Positions 25,933-32,321 of a DNA stretch of 32,321 nt are shown here, piece by piece; the stretch's first letter is position 1; every line of letters begins with the position of its first letter. The position numbers were made by a program, and so were the translations under genes. The notes beneath the pieces are model-generated. The model saw only the letters and a list, made by a program, of their open reading frames with translations. It did not search any database and had not been told where the DNA came from. The stretch lies in the IMG/VR virus record IMGVR_UViG_3300036793_000061, positions 1 to 32,321 of that record, one strand, 5' to 3'. Source of the stretch: a virus. Taxonomy: Duplodnaviria > Caudoviricetes.

Positions 25933-26093
25933 TCGACCACCTCCACCGGGCAGTCGAGCATCTTGCGGGCTGCGGCGATCAGGAGCTCCCTGTTGGCCTC
26001 GTTGTCCTCGTAGCCTGCGGCCTCCAAGAGCTCTGGAAGTACCAGGTGCATTGTGCCGTCGTCGTCATAGACGCCAGGGGCGATGCGCCTCAT
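25929..26093 (-). CDS. hypothetical protein (54 aa)
   Basis: MRRIAPGVYDDDG...; ATGA overlaps at both ends. Confidence 0.65.
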   Translation of the reverse strand: MRRIAPGVYDDDGTMHLVLPELLEAAGYEDNEANRELLIAAARKMLDCPVEVVE

Positions 26094-26428
26094 ACGGGCA
26101 GCCTCAGCGGCTCCGGGTCGCGTGCGACGGCCACCCACACGATGCCCTTGCGCCCCGACGGCAGCACCCGCTCCAGGCCGGATGGGCGGATCATGCCTTG
26201 GTTCTTCAGATCGCTTGTGCGCCGCCAGGCCTGTTCCACCTCGGCCCGGCTGCCGGCCTCAGCCCAGGTGGCCCCGGATGGGCCTGCGGCCACGATGGCC
26301 TCGTACACCCGGCGACAGTGGTTGCCCCGGATAGCCCACACGTCGCTGGCGGCGGCGTGGGAGGTGGACGGGTCGCTGTGCCGGGCCAGGGTGCGCGGGT
26401 CGCGCTCAAACCGCCCTGGCCCGGTCAC
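26090..26428 (-). CDS. winged-HTH DNA-binding protein
   Basis: ARHSDPSTSHAAA, G.T..E, RRTSDL...GMI..SG.R...SGR...VW. Confidence 0.75.
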   Translation of the reverse strand: MTGPGRFERDPRTLARHSDPSTSHAAASDVWAIRGNHCRRVYEAIVAAGPSGATWAEAGSRAEVEQAWRRTSDLKNQGMIRPSGLERVLPSGRKGIVWVAVARDPEPLRLPV

Positions 26429-26580
26429 AGTTCCTCCTCCCCCGTTGCGAGCAGCGTGGCCGCGATGCTGGCGAGGACAAGGCGGTTGGGCCGCTCGGGC
26501 AGAAGGCCCTCACGTTGGAGCTCAGCGAGTTTGGCCTTGGCCCGGTCGCGGATGAGCTCATCGAGCTCTGCGCCGGTCAT
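26425..26580 (-). CDS. hypothetical protein (51 aa)
   Basis: MTGAELDELIRDRAK...; TGATG overlap with the XRE gene. Confidence 0.6.
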   Translation of the reverse strand: MTGAELDELIRDRAKAKLAELQREGLLPERPNRLVLASIAATLLATGEEEL

Positions 26581-27263
26581 CAGTCGTCCCAGAAGTCGCG
26601 GGGCTGCCCGGTCACCCGGACCAGCGCTTGCTGGTGCGCCCGGCCGGGGTGGCGCGTCCCGTTGGCCCACATCGTCACCGCGGCCCGGCTCACGCCCATC
26701 TCTTTCGCCAGCCGCTCGTGGCTCCACCCCAAGCCGTCCAACACCTGTTGGAGCCGTTGGCCGAATGAGGCCTTGAGGGTCGGCCCGGGGCTGTCGGGGA
26801 GCTCGGCGCGCCATCGGCCCAACAGTTCCAGCGCGCTTGCCCGCACCTCGGCAAAGCGGTCTGTCCCGGTCACAGCCGTGCGGTAGGCGGCGAGCTCGGC
26901 CACGTCGGTGATGAACGGGGTCACCTCGTGGGCATAGACCCGGTGCCCGTCCACGGCCCGGCCCAAGAGCTCGGCCAGTCGCCGGGCCAGGTAGCCCGCG
27001 CCGGGCACCTGACGTTTCTCGGCGGTCAGGGCGGGCACGTGGACGGTGAGCAGGTAGGTCCGCAGCCGGTCCAACTCCAGGTGGAGCGTGAGCCGTTCGG
27101 AGGGCATCGCAGCCACCAGTAGCAGAGCGATGAGACTGCTTGCGAGGAGCAGCGGGGCCGGGGCGACGGTGATGCTGTCCTCCGTCGCGTCGATCCAGTG
27201 GATGAGGCCAGCGGAGCCAACCAAGCCAGCGAAATGCGGCTGCTGAAGCACCCGGCGAAACAT
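26580..27263 (-). CDS. XRE-family HTH regulator with extended N-terminus
   Basis: FGQRLQQ..WSHERLAKEMGVSRAAVTMWANGTRHP; ATG 27263 follows GGAGG (alternative GTG 27272). Confidence 0.8.
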   Translation of the reverse strand: MFRRVLQQPHFAGLVGSAGLIHWIDATEDSITVAPAPLLLASSLIALLLVAAMPSERLTLHLELDRLRTYLLTVHVPALTAEKRQVPGAGYLARRLAELLGRAVDGHRVYAHEVTPFITDVAELAAYRTAVTGTDRFAEVRASALELLGRWRAELPDSPGPTLKASFGQRLQQVLDGLGWSHERLAKEMGVSRAAVTMWANGTRHPGRAHQQALVRVTGQPRDFWDD

Positions 27264-27430
27264 TCTCCCCACCTCCGCTTGGCCCGTCTTGCGAGTGACG
27301 TCCCTGGGTCTGGGGGACGTGACTTTCCGTTTTACGGCAGGCCCCGTCGCAGGGCAAGGTAACTTTTTGTCACACTAGGGTTGGCCAAGGCCTCCGGGCG
27401 GGTGGGGTGGCTCGGCGCGGCCCGTTGCGC

Positions 27431-27537
27431 CCGAGAGCCACCTACCTGCGCCGCTCCTGCGAGCTCGTGGGCGAGGGTGGATCACCGGGCACGCGGGCGG
27501 GCTCGGCGCAGCCGGGCACCCCGTAGGTGGCTCTCCG
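27431..27537. repeat. ~107-bp dyad element, copy E
   Basis: gcccgagagccacctac ... gtaggtggctctccgggc terminal inverted repeat. Confidence 0.7.
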
Positions 27538-27559
27538 GGCATCCGTGTGGGGACGCGCA

Positions 27560-27583
27560 GAGGGCACCCCGCGGGGTGCCCTC
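27560..27583. terminator. perfect 24-bp palindrome downstream of the integrase
   Basis: GAGGGCACCCCG-CGGGGTGCCCTC, about 25 nt after the int stop; terminator or operator. Confidence 0.55.
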
Positions 27584-27607
27584 GCTTGATTCCCTGGCGG
27601 CGTTGTG

Positions 27608-29164
27608 CTATCCGGTGCGCTCGACCACCTGGAGCCTGTCGATGGCAGCGTTGACCGTGGCCGGGTCGGACGCATCGAAGCGCAGGTTGTACCCGAGCCC
27701 ACCGGGCGTGCCCGGGGCAGGGACGGCCACCTCGATGCGGAGGTGCTTCAGGTCCAGGGCCTCGGTGATGATCTGGCGGCGCACCTCGGTGGCGAGCCTC
27801 GCCCACCGCTTCGCCAGAGCTCCGGTCTGGCCCACGTAGGCGTTGAGCACGGTGGCCTGGCTGCGCTGGACGAGTTGGGCGTGGAGCTCATCGAGCCGGG
27901 CGTTGGCCCGGGTGTCGGTGAGGTCATAGGCCCGGCGTGCGGCCTTGGCCCGGCTGTCGTTTCGGCCGTAGCGCACCGCGGCCTCCATCCACTCGGCGTG
28001 GGCCTCCTTCATCATCTGCTCCAACTCGGCCTGCTCGGCCTTGATGGCGTCGGTGTCCACCCGGGCGGCCGGGGCCACAAGGTCTGCGAGCTCGGCCCCG
28101 TCCACCCACTCGCAGACCATCTCCGTCAGCCATTTCTCGACGATGGCGTAATCGATGTTGCCCGCCCCGCAGCGGCCGGTGTTGTGCTGCTTGCGGCACT
28201 GGAGGATGACCCGCCCGCTGCTCGCGGACACCGAGCGCAGCATCGGCATCCCGCACCCGGCGCAGGAGGCCAGCCCGGCCAGCACCTCGGCCCGGCGCGG
28301 CCGGTTGGAGCGCGACCGGGAGGCGATGGTGTCGACGGCCTGGTGGTAGAGCTCTGCGGGGAACAGGCCCGGCTCGTTGAGCGGGGTGATCTCACCATCC
28401 CAGACGGCCAGCCCGAAGTTCTTGGGCGTGGTCACCACCTTGTTGACCGAGGTGGCGTCCCAGGGCAGTTCGCTGCGGACCCGGCCGACACCCTTGGCGT
28501 TGAGCCACCTCGCCACCGAAACCAGCGATTCACCCCGGAGCACCCGCTGAAGCATCTGCTCAGCGACCTTGGCCTCCTTGGGGTTTTTGGTGGTCCGATC
28601 CTTCCAGCCAAAGCCGATGGGCCCGAGTGACCGCCCGGCCGCGCGCCTGGCCGCGGTGGACCGCTTGACCCGCCACGAGATCACGGCTGCCTCGTGCTCG
28701 GCGTCGTTCACCTGGGCCTGAAGCCGCTTGCGCCCGAGAGCGGTGTTCAGCCGCATCTCGCCACCGCCCCCATCCTCGTCATCATCGGCCGACACGTCCC
28801 ACACCTCCAGGTTGGACTCCCGCACCCGGCGCAGTAGGTCCACGCATTCGTCCATCCGGCGCAGGATGCGGTCAACCCGGCTGAAAGCGATGGCGTCGGC
28901 CTCACCCCGGTCGATCATGGCCATCGCGGTGGCGTAGTCGGTGCGCTTCTGCTTGGCGAACTCAGACGCGCTGCGGTCGTTGATCCCGAGCTCGGCCACG
29001 ACCACGCCGCCGCGCCGCTTGACCAGGCCGTGGAGCTCGGCGCGCTGGCGGGCCGCGTCACGCTCCAGGTTGGGGTCACCGATGGACAGGCGGAAGTAAA
29101 GAATCCAACGGGTCTTGGCTTTGGGCGGGGTGTAGCGCCCAGATTCCCTGGCGGTACCAGGCAT
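27608..29164 (-). CDS. int: large serine recombinase (integrase)
   Basis: Catalytic YFRLS, D..AS..KRTDY, SRVDRILR; recombinase domain; zinc ribbon CAGCG..C..C; coiled coil; start ATG 29164 after AAAGGAG. Confidence 0.93.
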   Translation of the reverse strand: MPGTARESGRYTPPKAKTRWILYFRLSIGDPNLERDAARQRAELHGLVKRRGGVVVAELGINDRSASEFAKQKRTDYATAMAMIDRGEADAIAFSRVDRILRRMDECVDLLRRVRESNLEVWDVSADDDEDGGGGEMRLNTALGRKRLQAQVNDAEHEAAVISWRVKRSTAARRAAGRSLGPIGFGWKDRTTKNPKEAKVAEQMLQRVLRGESLVSVARWLNAKGVGRVRSELPWDATSVNKVVTTPKNFGLAVWDGEITPLNEPGLFPAELYHQAVDTIASRSRSNRPRRAEVLAGLASCAGCGMPMLRSVSASSGRVILQCRKQHNTGRCGAGNIDYAIVEKWLTEMVCEWVDGAELADLVAPAARVDTDAIKAEQAELEQMMKEAHAEWMEAAVRYGRNDSRAKAARRAYDLTDTRANARLDELHAQLVQRSQATVLNAYVGQTGALAKRWARLATEVRRQIITEALDLKHLRIEVAVPAPGTPGGLGYNLRFDASDPATVNAAIDRLQVVERTG

Positions 29165-29172
29165 TTTCGGTT

Positions 29173-29186
29173 CTCCTTTGCGAGTG
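29173..29186 (-). promoter_or_regulatory. start-associated motif CACTCGCAAAGGAG (integrase copy)
   Basis: Identical to the plus-strand copy at 29283-29296. Confidence 0.75.
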
Positions 29187-29206
29187 GCCCCCACCGGGCG
29201 GCGGGG

Positions 29207-29252
29207 TAGGCGTTTAGGCTATCTGAGCGAGCCCTAGTCCCCTAATCGCCTA
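29207..29252. other. candidate attP
   Basis: 46-bp site with 11/12 inverted arms TAGGCGTTTAGG / CCTAATCGCCTA, centre GA at 29229-29230, just upstream of the serine integrase. Confidence 0.5.
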
Positions 29253-29282
29253 GCCACCTGCCTCGCATACGCTCGGGGCCTT

Positions 29283-29296
29283 CACTCGCAAAGGAG
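29283..29296 (+). promoter_or_regulatory. start-associated motif CACTCGCAAAGGAG
   Basis: 10 nt before ATG 29307; related copies at 21397, 23073, 27288, 29173, 30628, 20638. Confidence 0.75.
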
Positions 29297-29306
29297 GCCA
29301 GCAGGG

Positions 29307-30392
29307 ATGGCAGATTGGACACCGGGCACCGGCTCGAAGTTTTTTTCCGGGCACCCCCACTTCGATGCACGAGGCCTCCCGCGCCCGTTCAACATCGAAG
29401 GCCCTGACGGCCTGAGTCTCTACCTGGACGCCGAGCACGCAGAGCTCGTGGAGAAGCGCACCGCGAACTGGCACCCTCGGCCGGTGGACCTACCCGACTG
29501 GCGGCAGTGGGTCGTGGACGATTGGGGGCCTGGCGGGAGGCTGCGGGGAGTGGCCCCGCTGCTCGATGAGGCGTCGGCTGGGTCGCAGCATTTCGTGGTC
29601 GATTGGGAGTGGCGGGTGACGGCCCAAGCGGTGCTGTGGTATGTCGCCACCGAGATGTGCGACCTGTTGGCCGGGGCAGCGGAACAGTTCGACGCGCCCG
29701 GCCCGGTCCTCACCCACGAGCTCGTGCCCGACGACTGCGGGATGGTGGTTTTCCAGACTCCTCTGGCCGGGCTCGACGCCACCGGCAGTGGGCTGAACTG
29801 CACCACCGGGGCGATGGTCTGGGGTCCGGCGATCTGGGAGCCCACCCGGGAGGAGGTAATCGGCATCACCCTCTACGGGCCGGGCGTCGCGGCCAAGCAA
29901 TATCCGCTGATGCCGCTGGGCTCGTTGGTCTGGCCGTTCGGCCGCGCCGTCGATGACCCGCTGGCCGATCTGCCCGACTGGACAGACGGCCAAGGGAAGC
30001 TCACCGACGTTCAGGTGGCGTCGATGAGCGAAGATCGCAGAAGGCTGGCGGCGCTGTGGCTGTTGAGCTCGCAGCCGGGCCTCACCGAGCCGTCCGAGCC
30101 GAGAGTGCCCAACAGGGCTGTCGGCCGTCGAGCGGCCCGAGCTCGGAGCCCACTCGACGCCAGGGTGCGGATCATCCAGCTACGCCAGCGGCCACCTCGC
30201 GACCACGACGCACCCGCCCCGGGCTCGCGCACCTACGTTCACCGCTGGATCACCACCGGGTACTGGAAGCAACAGCACTACGGCCCCGGCCGAGCTCTGC
30301 GACGGCCCATCTACATCAACGACCACGTGAAAGGCCCAGCCGGGGCACCATTCCTGGCCCCGGCCGAGAGCGTGAAAGTGTGGAAGCGGTGA
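29307..30392 (+). CDS. phage hypothetical protein with C-terminal HRW..GYWKQQHYGPG..RRPIYI..H.KGP motif
   Basis: 361 aa, strong RBS; C-terminal motif resembles a recurrent phage family of unknown function. Confidence 0.8.
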   Translation: MADWTPGTGSKFFSGHPHFDARGLPRPFNIEGPDGLSLYLDAEHAELVEKRTANWHPRPVDLPDWRQWVVDDWGPGGRLRGVAPLLDEASAGSQHFVVDWEWRVTAQAVLWYVATEMCDLLAGAAEQFDAPGPVLTHELVPDDCGMVVFQTPLAGLDATGSGLNCTTGAMVWGPAIWEPTREEVIGITLYGPGVAAKQYPLMPLGSLVWPFGRAVDDPLADLPDWTDGQGKLTDVQVASMSEDRRRLAALWLLSSQPGLTEPSEPRVPNRAVGRRAARARSPLDARVRIIQLRQRPPRDHDAPAPGSRTYVHRWITTGYWKQQHYGPGRALRRPIYINDHVKGPAGAPFLAPAESVKVWKR

Positions 30393-30586
30393 CCCCGGAG
30401 GAGCGAATCCGCCGCGCGCGTCGGTATCGCTGGCAGTTCTTCTGCTCGGTGGTGATCTGCGGGCTCGGGCTGGCCTCCTTCGGATCGGCCCTGGCCGGGG
30501 ATCACCGGCTCACCACCGAGCTCGGTTGGGCCCTGGTCGCGATCAGCGTGGTACTGCTGGCGACGTTGCTGGCCCGGAGGCCATAA
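30389..30586 (+). CDS. small two-TM membrane protein
   Basis: GTGA-coupled; FFCSVVICGLGLASFGSAL and LGWALVAISVVLLATLLA. Confidence 0.7.
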   Translation: MTPEERIRRARRYRWQFFCSVVICGLGLASFGSALAGDHRLTTELGWALVAISVVLLATLLARRP

Positions 30587-30651
30587 CCGAGTGCGCAGGC
30601 ACCCGACCGGGTAGGCTCCGCGCGACTCACTCGCAAGGAGAACAACTGAGA

Positions 30652-31101
30652 ATGGCAGAGACAGCAGGAATCTGCGAGGTGTGCGGAGGCGCATACAAGC
30701 ACCTCCAGCCTCACCGACGACGCATCCACGGCCTGAGCGTCACCAAGCGGCGCGGCGGCAGCGGGGCCGAGCCGTGCCCGTTCTGCGGGAAGCACCCGCT
30801 CCACCTGGCGTACCACCTCCGCAACGAGCACGACATTTACCAGCGCGGCCCACGCGCTGAGGAGGGCAAGGCCCGGCTGGCGGAGGCCGAACGGCTCCAG
30901 CGGCAGCAGGCCCAAGCGGCACACGCTCGGGCCGCGAAGGCCGAGAAGGCCAGCGAGCTCGTCCACGTCCCGACCGAAGCACCCCAACCCGACCAGCCCC
31001 ATCTGAACGGCTCCAGCGGCGCTGGCACGTTCAAGCTCATGCCATTCGTCGTGCTCGAAGATCACGACGGCGGCGTGTGGCTGGCTGAAAGGATCAGGTG
31101 A
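30652..31101 (+). CDS. tandem C2H2-type zinc-finger protein
   Basis: CEVC..HRRRIH and CPFC..HLRNEH; start ATG 30652 after CACTCGCAAGGAG; TAGGCT -10-like box at 30612. Confidence 0.75.
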   Translation: MAETAGICEVCGGAYKHLQPHRRRIHGLSVTKRRGGSGAEPCPFCGKHPLHLAYHLRNEHDIYQRGPRAEEGKARLAEAERLQRQQAQAAHARAAKAEKASELVHVPTEAPQPDQPHLNGSSGAGTFKLMPFVVLEDHDGGVWLAERIR

Positions 31102-31102
31102 G

Positions 31103-31429
31103 ATGGACGTTCACGAGCTCCAAGACGAGCACCTTTTGTGCCGCACCCTCGGCCACTCCTGGGAGGACAACCCTTCAGCGGAGGTGGACTCGGACCTGTT
31201 CCGGGCCAGCCGGGCTGGCCTCTTTCTGCGCTGCACCCGCTGCTTCACCGAGCGGTTCGACTACCTGGACCACGAGATGCAGGTGTTCCAGCGGTATTAC
31301 CGATACCCGCAGTCGTACCAGGGCCTCCAGGGTGAGGAGCGGCTGGCCCCGTCACTCCGGGCCGAGATGTTCTCCCGGTCGTTGCTCATCCGCAACGCGG
31401 CCAAGAAGCGGCTGAAGGCGGTGTCGTGA
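31103..31429 (+). CDS. putative zinc-binding protein
   Basis: CRTLGHSW ... CTRC; YRYPQSY. Confidence 0.75.
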   Translation: MDVHELQDEHLLCRTLGHSWEDNPSAEVDSDLFRASRAGLFLRCTRCFTERFDYLDHEMQVFQRYYRYPQSYQGLQGEERLAPSLRAEMFSRSLLIRNAAKKRLKAVS

Positions 31430-31566
31430 CCGACCAGCGGGACCACGGTTTCACGCTCATCGAGCGCGAGCCGGTCATGTACGAGTGCCACTATTGCGGC
31501 GCGGCGGTCAACGACATTGACGTCCACCGCCAGTGGCACCGGGAGTTGGAGGGGCAGAGCTCGTGA
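31426..31566 (+). CDS. 46-aa C2H2 zinc-finger protein
   Basis: Not in ORF track: VTDQRDHGFTLIEREPVMYECHYCGAAVNDIDVHRQWHRELEGQSS; GTGA overlaps at both ends. Confidence 0.7.
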   Translation: MTDQRDHGFTLIEREPVMYECHYCGAAVNDIDVHRQWHRELEGQSS

Positions 31567-31748
31567 AGCCGTCCGAGCACCTCGCCATCGGGGAGTGCCC
31601 GTTCTGCCTCGGCACCGGGGAGGTGGAGAGCGTCATCCAAGGCGTGATCGTCTGCCCGCTGTGCCTCGGCACCACGCGCTGGCCTCCACCCGAGCCCGAG
31701 ACACCCGAGCCGCGGCCTCGGGACCCACTCGGCGGGTGGGGGTGGTGA
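31563..31748 (+). CDS. DnaJ-like CxxCxGxG zinc-finger protein
   Basis: CPFCLGTG ... CPLCLGT; GTGA overlap. Confidence 0.7.
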   Translation: MKPSEHLAIGECPFCLGTGEVESVIQGVIVCPLCLGTTRWPPPEPETPEPRPRDPLGGWGW

Positions 31749-31921
31749 GGGCCTGGCCGGTCATGCCCGGCGTGCCCGCGGCCGGGCACGTCACCGCTCG
31801 GGGCTGGTGGCATCCGGGCCGGGTGGACGGCTGCCCGAAGTGCGAGCCGCCCGAGCCCGGGAGGCCGACACGGCCCGGACTCACCGGAGAGCCACCTACC
31901 CGCCCGTCTCCTGGGCGGTAG
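31745..31921 (+). CDS. small His/Cys protein
   Basis: GH..WWH..GCPKC; GTGA overlap; 3' end overlaps dyad element half F. Confidence 0.5.
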   Translation: MRAWPVMPGVPAAGHVTARGWWHPGRVDGCPKCEPPEPGRPTRPGLTGEPPTRPSPGR

Positions 31922-31935
31922 GCCACCGGGATGGG
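31884..31935. repeat. dyad element left arm, copy F
   Basis: ccggagagccacctacccgcccgtctcctggg closely matches the reverse complement of 20381-20413. Confidence 0.6.
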
Positions 31936-32269
31936 TAAGCGGTCAAGGAGGCCCCGAGCGGCCCGGAGCGGGGCCGAGAGACAGGCCCCGGCCGATCCGA
32001 CCACGACGGTGCGTCTGTACGTGGCCGGGCGGATGGTGGACGAGGCCACGGTGGCGAACGATGACGAGCTCACCGCGGCGGGCACCCGGCAGGGTGAGGC
32101 CTGCCTGGAGGCCGAGCAGCGAGGCCAGCGGTGGATGGTGGAGATGGTGTTCCCTGACGGGGAGCACGTCCGGTGGGGCTCCGACCCGGGCGGGATGGTC
32201 GAGCCCATCTGGGTGGAGGGCAGCGAGCTCCCCGACACCGTCGCGCGCCAGCGGGGCTGGCTTCGCTGA
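31931..32269 (+). CDS. hypothetical protein
   Basis: 112 aa ORF ending the plus-strand operon. Confidence 0.7.
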   Translation: MGKRSRRPRAARSGAERQAPADPTTTVRLYVAGRMVDEATVANDDELTAAGTRQGEACLEAEQRGQRWMVEMVFPDGEHVRWGSDPGGMVEPIWVEGSELPDTVARQRGWLR

Positions 32270-32290
32270 GGGCCTAGCGGGTCAGTCGGG

Positions 32291-32321
32291 CCGGGAGAGC
32301 CACCCGGTACAGGGCCTCCCG
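32291..32321. repeat. dyad element left arm, copy G (truncated by window end)
   Basis: ccgggagagccaccc is identical to the reverse complement of the copy C terminus. Confidence 0.55.

Noticed and set aside
1-32321. Closed circular genome or terminal repeats
   Set aside because: Ends share no repeat; joining them gives TAC rather than a stop for the 254-start ORF and leaves element G incomplete
27608-32321. Integrated prophage boundary with host genes to the right of int
   Set aside because: Right-hand genes are small, coupled, phage-like and share the phage start motif and dyad element

Overview
A high-GC (roughly 70% by eye) tailed-phage genome segment, probably a near-complete temperate siphovirus of an Actinomycetota host (host is inferred). 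The minus strand, read right to left, carries: large serine integrase, XRE-HTH and small early genes, RecT-like protein, VRR-NUC, HTH replication initiator with internal iterons, histone H1-like Ala/Lys-rich protein, a DNA base hypermodification cassette (ParB-like, TET/JBP 2OG-Fe(II) dioxygenase, amino acid:DNA transferase/aGPT-Pplase2-like, FAD oxidoreductase, zinc-finger micro-ORF, P-loop kinase), HNH, terminase, HK97-type head, tail and lysis genes. A divergent plus-strand operon (29307-32269) is rich in small zinc-finger proteins. Non-coding signals: about 110 GAGCTC palindromes (hand count), five complete and two partial ~107-bp dyad-symmetric elements, a CACTCGCA(n)GGAG start-associated motif, a candidate intact attP and a predicted -1 tail chaperone frameshift. 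All family calls come from motif recognition by eye; no database searches were run.
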